Source: Raillietiella orientalis (taxonomy: Eukaryota). Taken from it: a stretch of 64,000 nt of DNA. The stretch is from positions 11,532,001-11,596,000 of the forward strand of contig JAYWIR010000001.1 of the NCBI GenBank assembly GCA_036172245.1, in the 5' to 3' direction. A program made the translations under genes and the position numbers. Shown here in pieces: positions 36,480-49,800 of this stretch (the stretch's first letter is position 1; each line of letters opens with the position of its first letter). The notes beneath the pieces were generated by a model that saw only the letters and a list, made by a program, of their open reading frames with translations, was not told the origin of the DNA and searched no databases.

Positions 36480-37700
36480 GGGGACATTAGGAGCATTTGG
36501 ACGGTGGGGACGCAGACCTCTTCCCGTACAGCAGTAGTCGGGGAGTTTTTGGACGAATGACAAAAATTCCAGGAGGAGGAGGGACGCGCCCGACCATTTC
36601 GGGGCGTCTCTTCGGGAAGCCGTGCTTGGTCCTCCCGCGAAGGGCAATCACGGGAGCGTGGCGCGCGCACACCTGACAGCGGCGACTCGCCCTCTTGCTC
36701 TGCCCTCTTGGGCAAGTTGCCCCCGCTCTTGCCTTCTCCTGTGGGTGGGAGCCAGTGCTCCAGACATACGCCACCATGGCAGGCTCCCTTCTTTGCCCTA
36801 CTCCCCCCCCCCTGCCTTGGGCTCGTTGGAGGCGGCGTCTGCAGCGGTTCACTTGAAGCGGGAAGCTCCTGGAGCGGATCGGCGACGAGGCGAGGGCCCA
36901 GTCCTTCATCAGGACTTTCGCAGTTGGCGCTGTCGTGGCTCTCTCTCCCGGTCTTTTCGACCAGAGGGCACCTTACCCAGACCACTACTCTCTCCTCCCT
37001 CGTCGGCTTGTCGTGGACCTCCCGTGAGGTGGCTTTCGTTTGCCAGCTTCGAAAGCCAAACCGATCCGAAGCTTCCTCCACCTTCCGCTCGATGGCGCGC
37101 GCTTTCCCTCCGTCTGCGAGAACAGGACAAGGCAGAAGAGACATGCTCCTTCGGGAAATCCTCAGAGAGCCGAGGGGGTCACCCTCGGAATCGTGCTACA
37201 TCTGCAACCACTTGCTTCCCTTCTGCCCTCCTCCCCCCAACCCGCATTCCATCCCACAGCTCCCTTTTCCGTGCTGACCTGCATTGGGTTACGCCCGGCA
37301 GACACTTCGTACGGGAAGCATTGCCTTAGTGACTCGGTGGACTCCCGGAGTCCGGCGGTGGCTACGAAGGCACTAGGAAGCCTGGCCCGTTACCCAAAGC
37401 GCTCGGAGGGATAGTAGGCAGGGGGGGGAGGGGGAGGCCAGGAGAGAGAGAGCGATTTGCCATAGACTCGGCAGGTGCATGAATACGCACTCTAAGGGAC
37501 CGGGCACGAAGAGCACCCGCTATCAGGAAGCGGGTCGTACCTCGCACTTTTTTCCGGATGTGCGAGGATTCCTGGAGGAAAGGAAGGACAGACAATTTCC
37601 CCGTGGCGACTGACTGACACGCGCGTCCCTTGAGTGCTTTCTGGACAGTCAACGGTGGCGGAAAGGCAGCGAACGGGCCGGCCGCGAGGAGGGCGCCACA
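36480..37700 (+). mobile_element. L1/Tx1 ORF2 fragments
   Basis: ASLREAVLGPPAKG (~PxSxRxxxIxLLxK) and a zf-RVT-like LTRASLEC near 37620. Confidence 0.3.
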
Positions 37701-37899
37701 TAGGGAGGAGGCAGGGGAAGGCGAAAGGGGGGACGAGCTCCAAGAGCGGGACGCAACAGTTCCGGGGTAACGTCCCACAACACGCCTCGCTTTTGCGGGC
37801 AGCGCGTCTTGCGAGCTGATTCGGACAAAGTGGAGGGAGTCTGGATGCGAGCGAGGCTGGAGTGGAGGCAGCAGACACCACCTCACGCGCGGGAATACG

Positions 37900-38300
37900 C
37901 GGGAAGAGGTTAGTTCAGTAGCAGCCGAGAACGACAGTGGACTCCGAGGCGGCTACCAATCGCTTTCGGGCGAAATTCCGAGGCATCAATGGGCGACGTT
38001 TCGGTGTGGAAGGGGGGGGAGGAGAAGAAGAGAAGGAAAAAAGACCTGCTGGAAATTGTCGTCGAGGGACCGAGCGCTTCTTGCTGCGGGTCACTTCCAA
38101 AGAAGTCTCGCCCGACAGCTCGAGTGCGTGCTTGCGCGAGCGAGCATTTGCGGAACAGTCTGTGTCCACACCCTGCAGTATTTTTTCGGGTTGTACCGGC
38201 AGCGTTGAATGCTGACACGGAAGTGGGAAAACGTCAGCAGACAAGAAAAGCTTGTTTGCCCGTACCTCCAGCTTCATTTGGTCCTGCAGGCTCTTTTTCC
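37900..38300 (+). mobile_element. I/R1-like RNase H end plus C-terminal zinc-knuckle remnant
   Basis: FRGING (~HxGIxGN), then LAAGHFQRSLAR...SICG...HTL (~TGH...L...CxCG...H). Confidence 0.4.
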
Positions 38301-41006
38301 TTTGCTTCTTTCTTGCTATTCTTTTATTATTATTATTATTATTCTTTTCTTTTTTCGAGTACTGTATTGGGGGTGGCTGAACATTGAATGCGTTTCAACG
38401 TCAACGATGTCACGAGAGTGCACGAGGACGCACGTGATTCTCAATCATTGCAGACTTTACGTAAACAGTTCATTTGAATAGCGTGAAGGATAACGTTAAG
38501 AGAACGTGAGCATCCTTATGATTTACGGAAACACCAACCATATGAACGCATACCGTTATGAGAACACAAGCAACGCGAGGAGCAAGTGGAACACTTGAAA
38601 CAAGAGTGCGCATGCTCGCCTCTTAATTAAACGTTTTTATTAAAATGGAGTCCGAGGCAGCCAGCCTAGGAACCGCCTCGCTTAGCCAATAGATGACGAG
38701 ACGAGATTACGTCAGCAACAATGAAAAATCGATTTTTCCAAATGGGATTTTTCTTTTTGCTGCCTCTTCGCCATTTTCCTTCTTTTTTGTGTCCGCTGAT
38801 GTCAGGTGAAGGCTCGCCATGAGCGCGGGCCAGGCGGGCGATGGAAAACACACCTCTCTCCCCCCCTCTGGGTGTCCGCGTGCACGCCGTCGAACGCGCG
38901 CGAGTACGAGGAACGCCGAGCTCCAGACCGGAAAGCAAAAACTCACGTTGGCGAGCCGAATTCGCGTGCCTCCCCCCCCCCCCCCCATGCCCCCAGTCCG
39001 GCCGGCGTCTTCTGCCCTCGGCTTGTTGGTTTCCCCTTTCCGCCGCTGGAGTCGCCCCGTTCGGAATCGAGGCCGCGCTTGGCGCTGCCGTCCGTCCGGA
39101 GGACGCGCGCGCGCCGTTTCCCGTGCCTGCTCTCTGGGTGCTTTCAGTCGCCGCCGCCGCCCACGCTTGCGTGTTTCCATGGGAGGGGCGAAAGCGCCTC
39201 CCACAAGTCCTCATCCCCCCCCCCCTTCTCCTTCCCTTCCTCCCTTAGAAGAGGCCATCCGGTGCGGGACCCGCGTTTCCCCTCACTCCTTGGCTAACGG
39301 TGACTCTCGCAATCACCTTTTCCCGGCGCCGTGTACGCACGAGGGACTGCATTGGCTTCCGTCCAAGGGGATGGGGCAGAGTCCTCAATTGGGTTGGGCA
39401 GACGTGCGGGCTCGAGGCGTCTTCCCAGGTCGGTGCTTCCCGTGACAGCTCCAGAGCTGTAGGGGGCCCTCACTAGGGAATTTCGGGCGCTGCGGCGGTA
39501 GTAGGGAAGAACCCCAGTCTCCCTCCCTATGGGGCACGTCGTCGCATCCCGGAATCCCTGCTTCCGAGGACGGGATCCACGGTCGCGCTGGACATGCCAG
39601 CTCTCGTCGGCGCCGCCATCCTCCGGGAGGACGGACGCCCCACAGGACGTGTCCCCTTCCCCTCCTCCTCCCACTCCACCACTCTCTTTGATCTTCTTGC
39701 CCCCTCCGGCCTTGTGAAAAGGCCGAGGTCCCGACCGGCCTACGCCGCCGACCCCTTCGCCCCTGGAACTGCCCCGCCGACAATCAGCCGAGCGGGTCGC
39801 CGCCATTGTGGCCTCCGGGAGCGGGGACGGCGCTCCCCTTTAACGGGAGGAAGAGCGGTCGCGCGCGGCGGTCCCCGGGGGCAGGGGTGAAGTCTCGCCC
39901 CGGCGGCCGCGGGAGGGGAGGCAACAATGGGCGAGGCCGACCCGGTCACGTCCTGGCGGGAGAGGTGACTTCGAGCCCGGCGGCGGCTGTTGCCGGGCGC
40001 GAAGCATCGCGCGCGCGCGCGAGGCGCCGGACGATTCGTCACGAGCGCCGCGCGACAGGCGCGACCCGCCCCGAGCGCCGTGACGAGGGTCGCTTGAGGT
40101 CGCCGATTGGTCACGTCCCCGCACCTCCTCCGGTGATTCAGGAAGGTTGGCGGAGGGAAGAGGACGCGCGCGCCAGCGGCCGCCTCCTCGGCAGCAGTTC
40201 TCGGGGGGCGGAGGGGAGCCCGCCCTTTTCGTGCCTCCGTGTCTCCGGGGGCAACCTGCCCGAGCGTGGGGGGAGGGGGGGCAGCGCCGCGGAAGAGGAC
40301 GTCGTGGGGAGGGGGGAGGGAGATGGGCGCATCTCCTTGGCGACGACACGCGCAGGCGAGACCGGAGGACCCGCTCGACTCGGGACGCGCAGCAGGACTA
40401 AACGAGGGCGAGGGTGGGGTGCTAGCCCGGAGCGCCCTTCTCCGGATGGAGAGGAAAAGGAACCGCAGCGAGTTTCCAGAATATTCCGAAGTGGCGCGCG
40501 CAGTCGCCGCCGCGCCGTTTTTTCACACCGCATTTCGCGCCGGTTCATCTTCACGCCCAATTTGGACTTCTCCGTCCCCCCCTCCCCTCCTCCTCCCGCT
40601 CCCCGCGCCGAAGAGAGCGAGCGAGCGCGCGGGTCTCCTTGACAACGCCTCCCCGCCGGGTCTCCTCGAAACCTCTTTCGGTAAACAGGCGCTCTTTAAA
40701 CGCCTCGTTGCTCCCAGCGGCACCGGGCGAGCGGGAAGCTGCGATGCACCCGTTCGGCCGGGAGGGGGTGCACATGCACGCGCTCCGGCTCCTAGCCGAT
40801 GGGAGCCCACGGGGCCGGAGGGGCTGCCCAGAGCTCCGAGACTGCCCGCAGAGGGCCGAACGCCGTAGAGGCGCTCTCGGACCGCCCGGTCTAGAGCGGG
40901 ACGCGAGTAGAAATTCGGGCGGGGAAGACCCCCGTGATCCCGGGGGTGGGGGAGAGAGGAGGAGGATCTGACTAGAAGCCTACCCGCCTCCCGTGCGGCT
41001 CCGCAT

Positions 41007-41218
41007 CCTGCAGAGCGCTCCAAGCGGCGGACGGGCGAACCGAAGCAGCGCGCCTGCGGTTGCGAAGGGGCGGTACCCCGGCACATTCCAAGCGGACCGT
41101 CCCAGTCCGAGTCCTAGTCCTGAGGGGGAGGGGGGGGGAGCGCATAGCGACCACGACCCGTCGTTCCTTCCCGCCCGTCCTTCGGTTCGCCCGTCCGCCG
41201 CTCGGAGCGCTCTGCAGG
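41007..41218. mobile_element. 212-bp MITE-like foldback with 39-bp terminal inverted repeats
   Basis: CCTGCAGAGCGCTCCAAGCGGCGGACGGGCGAACCGAAG (41007-41045) versus the reverse complement of 41180-41218, one mismatch. Confidence 0.6.
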
Positions 41219-42199
41219 CTGAGGCACGGGGCCTACAGAGGCCGCGGACTCGAGGATGGGAGCGGGAGGAGACTCCCGGAGTCCCGACAGGTGGGGTCCA
41301 CCGGGGGGCTGCGAAGGTCACGGTTCCCGGGGTAACCGGCGCGATTGATTTCTCTTCCCCGCGCGCGCGATCGCCAACCGCAGGGGCTCACGAGGGCGAT
41401 CCGCGTGGAAAAGCTCCTCCCCCCCGCAGACGGTGGGGAGGGGGAAGAGAGAAGGGGAGCGGACGACGGACGCGAATGTCCTTTCGCGGCTCTTCTCCTC
41501 CTCCTCCTCCGCCTCCTCGTCGAGTGCCTCCTGCTCCGCACGACGGCCGATTACGTCACTTCCGAGCGCGCGCGCGCGAAAATCCGCAACAAATAAATCG
41601 TCGCTCTTCCGGAACGTTCGTAAGGATCCACGCCTTCGGGAGGGAGGGGGGGGGGAAGAAAAAAAAGAGGAGGCGGAGGAACACAAAGGGAGGCCCCGGG
41701 GACGCCTCCGCTGAGGAGCGCGCCTTTCTTCTTCCTTCTCCCGCGGCAACTGCGAAGGAGGCGCGTTTGTTCCCAGGGACCCGCCGCCTCACAAAGGGAA
41801 CAATGATGATGATGACATCCGTCCGATGAGTTTGGTCGCCGGCGGCGCTCCCCGTCGGGCCCCCTGCCACCGCCGCCGCCCGAAAGACCGGCGGCCCTCG
41901 ACTAGGCGCTCCTGCAGCAACAAGGACGGCAGCCGCCGTCGCCCTGGCGACTGCGGCAGGACGACTCGCCACATGAGTGCGGGAGAGCCGGCGGCAGTTC
42001 GATGCTGTCCATAGCGCGCATGTCACGCACAACCTTCCCAGGGTTCGCCGCAGCCTTGCTTCCATGATTACGGAGCGAGGGCGAGGGGTCTCCTGGCTGA
42101 CGTTAGGCGGCGCCGTGACCCCTCGAACCAGCCTGCCGAGACGTCGGGCGCCAAAGGGTCAGCGGCGCGACTAGCGCGCGAGCGTAGAGCCAACGAGCC

Positions 42200-42830
42200 C
42201 TCCCCTCGCCGAGCTCCCAGGGAGACTGGGGTTGACGTGCAAGGATCCCAGAGTGGCGCCCGACCGCCCCCACGCTTTGTGGGCGGCGCGTGCCCTGGGG
42301 CAAAGAATCTTCCCTGGACCGGTTCAGGCGCACTCACCACTCTTCCGACCTTCCTCGGACGCGTCCCTGCGGTGGCACCTCGTGGAGTTGCAGCGCAGCT
42401 GGAGGGCTGACTCATCCACGGTGACCCATCCGATGTCCCCGTGCTCGGCTCGAACAAGAGTGTCACAGCGAACCCCCCCCTTCCGGAGGAGGCACCGGAC
42501 GCGGGGCCCCCGTCGAAAAGGAATTGTCCAGAGGCGCGGTGCTGACCCGATGCAGCGCGTGACTTCTCCTGCAGTCGAGGTGCGCTGGCCCGAGCGGTAA
42601 CCCCGGGGCGCGCGTTTACCCCCCAGCACAGGAACGCGCGTTTACCTCCGAGTGCGCCCGCCGACGATTGCCCTCGGGCGACCAGAGGCTTGGCGCCCCG
42701 CCCCCGCCGCAACCTTGTTTCCAGGTGGCCGGTTGCGTCGGTTGGATCCATGGCGACGTCTGGTGTCAACGTTCCCGCCGCCGCCAGGGCGTCCTGGACC
42801 GCCCCTCCCAAATCCGCAGGGGTCAACCTG
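42200..42830 (-). mobile_element. Tx1-like ORF1 remnant
   Basis: VQDALAAAGTL... and AASGQHRASGQFLFDGGP. Homologous to 17580-17900. Confidence 0.35.
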
Positions 42831-43029
42831 TTCGGGGGCAGACGCCGACGGCCGAGAAGGTTATGGCACTCTCTGGACCTCGGCTTCCTCCTCTGTCTGA
42901 CGCCGTGGTGGCCTCGGCGGTCCAGTCCGCGCGCTTCCCTGGAGTGTGGGTCGCCTCCTAGATCGACTCTACATCCACTCCTGAGGGCTTCTCCCGTAAC
43001 CTCACGGATCGGACTCTGCCCCTCCGGCT

Positions 43030-43330
43030 AGCGCTCGGCGGCGCAAGCGGGAAACTCCCTCCGCGGAGACGCCTGGTTCGGAGGCGGGAAGCGGTTGGAG
43101 GTCGACTTTGTTTTCTTTCCGCGAACCGGGCGCGGAAGAACCTCGAGATGCCCCCCTACCCCTGCCTTCCTCCTGCGTCTTTTTTCAGCAGTGCCTTCCC
43201 AGACCGCCCAGATGACCGAGCCTGACCTATCCTCCGTCAACCTCTCTTCCAAGAAAGCGATGCGGTGCCGCAGTTCAAGAATCTTCGGCTCATTGCGCGC
43301 CGCTGGTCCGTTCTGCACGCTTGCCACTGA
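43030..43330 (-). mobile_element. CR1/L2-like ORF1 N-terminal remnant
   Basis: Coiled coil KILELRHRIAFLEERL, then WAV...KRRRRK and TSNRF, the typical layout of CR1/L2 ORF1 N-termini. Confidence 0.4.
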
Positions 43331-43699
43331 GTCTGTCCGGGGAGGGGAGGGGGAAGGTTGTGGACCTCCAATGCGACTCTGAAGCCCTCCGAGTCTTCGA
43401 AGGTTACCCATTCTGCCAGGCCACGGTTGGTTTCTTTGCGTGAGACCGCGTGGTCTCTAATCCCCGCGCCAAGTGCTGCAGCAGCAGCTCAAGCTCCTGA
43501 GGTCAACTCTTTCTTGCTGGGAAGATGGCGCGACTTCCGAAACGTCCAGAAAGTAGTTGGAACTTCCAGCTCAGCCGCGATCCACGTTTCTCGTCGGACG
43601 CACGCGCACATTCGCTCGAGGCAGCAGCGGCTGGTGGCCGGAGCGCGCCCGTCCGCGTCAGCTTCGCTTCTGCAGACGAAATCACCGTAGCGACGGATT

Positions 43700-44200
43700 G
43701 CGAATGTCGCCGCCACCACTTCGCGATTCTCATCGGAGTCCGTTGCCACATTCTTAGCTCGGATACCACAATCGCCACCGCTGCTGCCGTTCCTATCTGC
43801 GCGAGGTCACCGTAACCATCGTTGTCTGCCTTCCTCCTCCTCAACAGTGCTGTCCTTGTGCCCATTATTCTTCACCCCCGCGACCCCGTGAACCTCGCGA
43901 CCACTGCTATCCATAGCCGTAGCCATTCTTGTCGAGTGCGACGGCGGCGAACCTCTCGGGAGGAAAGAGGGAGGAAGAATGTATTGCCCTCCGCGATTCG
44001 GTTCCGGCTGCAAGAAGTGGCGAAGGTCAAGACCGGACAGTCAGCGAAGGCACTTGGACCGGAGGGGAGGGGAGGGTCTACCTTCACGTCTGGCACCGCC
44101 GTCCGCACCGAAACTTGGCTCTGCGGCCAGCAGAAGGAAAAGAAGGCCGCGCGACGTTCGACGCGCGTTCGGACTGGAACTTCCGACCACCCCGGCGCCT
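43700..44200 (+). mobile_element. Non-LTR RNase H remnant
   Basis: TAIHSRSHSC (~IxSDSxS) and CGQQKEKKAAR (~GNExADxxAK). Confidence 0.3.
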
Positions 44201-45799
44201 TCCTAAGGGAGGAGGAAATCCACCGATCGCCTCTTCCTCCTGTGACGCGCTGCGTTCAGCGGAGACACAGATGTCATCTGGGTGGTGGACGGCGCGTGAT
44301 GAGCGGGCGTTTACCCTGGTGAGACCGCAGCGGTTCGTGATCGATGGGTCCGAGGGAGGCTTCGCCGGGCAGAAGCGGTCCAGTGGAACGAATCGAAAGA
44401 TTCGAGATTTCCCGGGAACATCGATCTTCCCGGTGATTTAGAGGAGACACCTGTGGGACTCATATGGGCAGCAGAGGGAGGAGTAGGAAGAAAAGAGGAA
44501 GAAAGGAGGAGGAAGAAAGGAAGGGAGAAGAAAGGAGAAGGTGGAGGAAAGGAAGAAAGAGGGAGGAAGAGGTCAGCAAATACCCATTAAAGATGTGGGG
44601 GAGCAGAAGAGCTCGGGACGAAATGAACTCTCGCGAGACCGGACCCGCACAGTCAGGATTGCCAGCATCTACCCGTGTTGTTCTGCTTGCCCTTCCTGCC
44701 TCGTTCCCTCCTCGCTTCTTGACCGGAAGGCCTCGCTCCTTCGCTGCCGAGTCTCTTTCCTGCAGCAGGGTCCCCACCTTCGTCTTGAGGCAGCTCCGAG
44801 GGGCCTTTCTCAGGGGTCGCCCGACGTTCTGCTGCTCCGCGGTTTCAAGCTCGCTTCGGTTCCGCCTCTCTGGCGCCAATCCTTTCTGGAGCAGGCCGCA
44901 AGTCGGAGAACGCGAAGCTTCAGCGGCGCCTTCCCGTCCAATGGTGCTGCCGACTCTTCGCTCAGCAGCGGCGAGACGACGACGCCATCCCCGCCCGAGG
45001 AAGCCGGCAGGACGTTTGGGGGGAGTGTCGTGTGTCCTCCTCCGAGATGGAGGTGTCCCCCTTTTTGAATGGCCAGCCCACACGCTCAGGGCTCTGGTGA
45101 CTGAGGATGTGGGCGAAGGCGTCCTGGATGCTGATACCGGCAACGAGTTTTCCGACGTCTTCCTAAGCCCCGGGATGCTAGGGGGTTGCTGCGGCGGCTC
45201 TTCCGCTTCGAGAGATGACCCAGTTGGCGCCACCGCCCGGACCGCCTGCCTTTCCGCTGGCGAGTACGCCTGGAGGGGCGGAGCGGCTTCCGGGCCAAGC
45301 GCAAGCATCTCCGGTGGGCAGGAAACCGCCCCTCTCCCTCCCCTCCCGGGAGGAAGACTTTCGGCTGTGAAGAGAGAACACCTCCTCCCGGTTCAAGAAA
45401 ACGTCTCGGGGCTGAGTGGAACCAACGTGCTTTCGGGTTGAAGCAGCCCGGCACGGTGGGAGTTCAGAACTAGCTCCCTTCCCGGAGGAGGGTCGGAGGG
45501 AGCGAGGGCGTGCCTTCGCCCCCACCTTCTTCTCTCTCTTCCCAGCGCCCTGGGGAGCCCCACCACAGCGAGCGACCCCGATCGCAGATAACGGGACGGC
45601 TTTGCTCCCGCCTAAGGTCACGTCCCGGACGCGGGAACGCGGCGGGTGGGAACGAGGGGAAGGCTCGTTTCCTCTCCCGACTAAGAAAGCCCACGGGTGG
45701 GGAGGGAAATTGGGATCGCCGTGGGCGTCGAGCCATCCACCATCGCGACGGCATTTCTCTCCTCGCGGAGCGCCAGCTCCCTTTGCTTCTGGACGGCAG

Positions 45800-46430
45800 G
45801 CAGCGGGGTCTCTTCCAGGACGGAAGCCTGTTCACGCCATTTTCCCCCCTTCGGGATGGAGGCCTGTCCACTCTTGGATGAGTGTGCAACGGAGACCACG
45901 CGTTTCTGCACAAGTGGGCAGCTCCTTCCGGACTGAGCGATCGTCGACATGACAGCATGCAGGGTAGGGTGGCGAAGTGTCCCGAAGGTCTCCGCGAATC
46001 CCGCCTCCATGATGGAGAGAGAGGGGGGGGGAGGGGCGCTGTGGATTCCTCCGCCATCTCGGCTGCGGAGGACGGCGATTCCTCAAAGACTGATTCTTTC
46101 GGATTCGCGGCGGCCTGTTGAGGGCGGAGGGCGGCGGCGCTACTCCCCCTGACGCTGCCGCACAGGGAGCAGCTGTCCTTGGAGGTTCCGCTCTTCCGAG
46201 AGCAGCGGGAGAATCTGCTTAGTCTTCGTCGCTCGTCCCCGGGGACAATGACGAGCCGCAAGATCCACGTGCACCAGTGGGCGCATTGGCTGGCGGTGGT
46301 CACGGGAGGCCTCTTTTGGCTGGCGGGCGTCCTCCTCGCCCGGAGGCGCACTGACTGGCGTTCCCTGCGCAATGCCTCTTCTCCAAGAGGCAGGACGGAT
46401 TTCGCCCTGCCCGATGACGTCACTCTACGG
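45800..46430 (+). mobile_element. L1/Tx1 zf-RVT and C-terminal remnant
   Basis: ACPLLDECATET / HAFL, then LARRRTDWRSLRN (~AKxxIWxxRN). Confidence 0.35.
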
Positions 46431-49400
46431 TGATCGTCAGAGCCGCCGCCCGTGATTCCCCCTAAAGGTGGCGCGAGGGTGACCGGGTTCATGGCGAGGC
46501 GGAAAATCCGGGACTCTGAGAGCTCCGCGCCTTTCGGGTCGCGCCGACCTCCAGTCACGCGGTCTCAGACTGGCTGCCCGAGCGCGCACGCAGGAATGGG
46601 AAGGGGGGGGGGGGGCAGGAAAGGAAGGAGGGAGAGGAGGGGCTCGAGCCCTTGGCCGGCAGAGCCGCCGCAACTGCGCTGCGCGCGAGTGGCAGCAGCA
46701 CAGCGCTCCTCTGCCCACCAGCCCGGTGACCTACCTCTTGGCCCCGGGAACCGCCCCGTGCCTATCCTCCTCCTCTTCCTCTGCCCCCTCGCGGCCGGCT
46801 CTTCCGGACCGCTGCGCAGGCTTCTTCGATTACTCCCTACTTCCCGCGCCTTCCCGGCGGCGACAGCCCTCCTCGAAGATGGCGGCATCGCGCACCACCT
46901 CCTCCTCCCCCTCCTCTCGAGCAACCGCAGTGGCTCCTCGGAGTGGCATTTTCCAGGCGAGAGGGTGGGGCGCCGCGAGGGTCTCGGCTCGCCCCCCCTC
47001 CGCGGCGGGAGGGAAAGGGTCGAATTCCGGGGTGCTCCTGTGGACGCAGCGTCGGGCTGCGGACTGCTTCCGAGGCGAGGAGAGGGGGGGAGGGGGCAAG
47101 GAAGAACCGTCACCTCCGCTCCGCTCTCCCGCACGAGGCTCGCACACGCGCTCACCCTGAGGCGCTCCCTCCCTCGAACCCCACCTGCACGGAAGGTCCG
47201 TCCCTCGGAGGACGGCGCCTTCACCTCGCTGGAGGGTGGCCTCAGGTACCAGCATCCTCGCTCCTCCGTGCCCGAACGGGCCCTCCTACTGTGCGTCCCT
47301 GCGCGCTCACGGGGAAGGGGACGGCGTTCCCCTTGGTCGGCTGGGGTAGGACGAGATGCGCCCTTGGTGGCAGCGCGCATCCGCTCTCGAGTCCGGACTG
47401 CCGCCCGCAGAGGCGCCAGCAGCACGCCGTTCCAGAGCGTTCCCCCGTCTCCCTTCCTCAGAGAGTGACGATCGATTCGCCGCTATCTTCGGGCCTGCCC
47501 GATGCGCCCCTCGGGCGATGGCGCAGCGCTAAACGGAAGGTGGCCCGTCGTGATGGCCGGAAGGAGGCCAGGATGAAGAAGATCTGGACCGCGCTGCGAC
47601 GACGTCGGCAGCCCCCCCTCCTCCGCTGCCCTCCCTCCCGCCCACCCGCCGCTTCGGTGCGCCCTCCCTCGGGGCCGCGCCTAGCCGCCTTTCGTCGAAC
47701 ATCTTGCGGCGCGCGCGTGGGGAGACAAAAAAAAGGGGGGAGGGGAACGAGGCCATTCGAGAGCGGACAGTCTGTCGATTGCGAAGGAGGGGCGATGGGC
47801 CGGTGGGCCGTCGCCGCACGTCAGAGGAGAAAGCATCGAGCCTCCCCACTCCCAGTCTCTTCCCTTTTTGTTGCCCCAGGGCAACTCGGCAAAAGAGAGA
47901 CCGTAGAGACGACACTCTCTCGGTTGCCCCGGCGACCAGGCAAGCGGCCGGAAAGCGCTCGCCCCTCCTCCTCCCGATAAGCATCTTTCCGTCTCGCCGG
48001 GCCTGTTTTTTCCCCCCTTCCTGGTGCCGCCTGGAGCCGAGCCGCCGTTCCGGGACGAGCGCTGACGTCGATCCGGGAGTGCCCGACTTTGAGGGCGGAG
48101 ACGAAGGGGGGAGGGGGTCGAGTGTTCCGGCGCGCTCTGCGGACGGGCGGGAGAAGGGGTACTGGCACGTCGATCCCAGGGCCCCGAGAGCCTGCAAGCC
48201 AAGCCTTTGTCTCTCCTGACGGCCTCCCCAGGAGGGCGAGCTGCTCCGGAAACCGCGCGAGCGCGATGGACGACGGGCCTCGCATGGACACGACGTGGCG
48301 AGCTCCGGCGGGGAGGCTCCCCACTCCCTTGGCAGCCAGAGGCTCCCTCTGTGTCCGAATGAACCGCGAGCGTCTCTCTGGCCGGGTGGTCGGCTGGACG
48401 CCGCGGCCTCAGGCGAGCCTCCAGCAGACCGCACGACCGTCTTTTCCCGAGGGCGCCTGAGCCTCCTCCGCCGCCATCGGCGGACGGGCGCAGCGGGGAG
48501 GGAAAGGCGCGTCGCCTCGGCCCTTCCCCCCGCCCGCGTTCGCCGCCGCCGCTCACGCGCGCGCGCGCTCGTCGGGCGGATGCATCAGGTGGTGGCAGCA
48601 CACGCGCCGTGGGCACACGGAGCGCGCCTGCCCGGGAGGAAGAGAATCGGGAAACTCCGAAACGAGGCGTGCCTTTTGCCCTCCGCCTCACCCTTTGGGA
48701 CGAAGGAGAGGGGAGGAGAGGGGCAGGGGAAGGCAAGAGTGCCGTCGCTCCTGATCGGACTCGCAGGAATTCCTGCAGCTCGGGAGGAACAGCCTGGCAC
48801 CAGCGACCCGCAGGCCACCCGCACTGTGTCGATGGGTGTAGCGCGAGAGCAGATTGAGGCGGGCGCTGGGAGAGAAGGAGGAAGGGGGGGAGAGAAATCT
48901 CCCCCGCTGCCTCCCGCGCGCACGAGGCCGAGGCGCGGCAGCCGCGAGAGTGAGCGGGCGAGCATTCGCGGGGAGGACGCACCACGCTTGTGAGGGCGAT
49001 GTGTTCTCCTCTCAGGACTCTTACCCCTCGCGACCCCGCCCTGCCGGAGCGGCAACACCGTCGCAGGAGCAAAGCGAAGCCCTCGAGGTGTCGCCAAGTT
49101 CCATCCTTCGTGCTGCATCCACCTGCCTCCCCGAGGTGTCGGCCGTTTCACAGCCGGTGGAGTCTTCTGACACACGAGAGCGAGCGCTCTCTGTTTCCAC
49201 GTGAGCGGTCTAGGGAGAGACTGGGTCTTTCCCTCTCCCCGTTCAGCTCATGGGCTGGACACCCTCCGTGGTGATTCTGCCAGCCGGCAGGTCGGCGGAG
49301 CGCTCCTCTCCCCCTCCAGTGGGGCCCGGCCGGTTCTCGCGGCTTGTCGACGAGAGTTTTGCCGGTCGGATGCTCATCGACGAAGGGCGCGCGGCCCTCT

Positions 49401-49499
49401 TCCCGACGGGACAAAAGGGATGAAGCGAGGTCGGGAGAGATCCACACCTCGAGGAAGTGCAGGCGGAGGCTGCGCGGAGTGGAACCTCTAGCAAGCGGC

Positions 49500-49800
49500 C
49501 TTCGAAGCACGAGAGCCCAGCGTCGCCTTGGGGGCGCGAATTTCTCGCGAGGGAAGCGGGGCGACATGGTCTGGCATAAGACCCCTGGTCAGCTGGTAGC
49601 TTTCCAGTGAGGGAGACAAGGTGGTCGTCGACCCGCTGAATCCCCTTGGTTGCTCCGGACGAGACGGAGGAGCCATCATCCTTAGTTTCCTCTCTTCCTC
49701 CTCCCGAATCCCCCGGGAAAGGGACGCTTCTTTTGTTATTCTGCGCGATTCCTACTGTGTGTCTTTTCTGCGGGAACTCGGGGAGGAAAGGATTCGTGGG
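49500..49800 (+). mobile_element. L1/Tx1 RT start remnant
   Basis: HKTPGQLVAF resembles KTPGxDGxPxEF. Confidence 0.3.

Noticed and set aside
44460-45441. Host gene in the bidirectional 282/325-aa ORFs
   Set aside because: Only a short coiled-coil-like stretch and no recognisable domain. It is flanked by TE debris, so a decayed ORF1 or chance ORF is more likely; not fully excluded.
46179-46433. Small membrane protein (WAHWLAVVTGGLFWLAGVLL)
   Set aside because: Better explained as the hydrophobic tail of L1/Tx1 ORF2 following the zf-RVT remnant.
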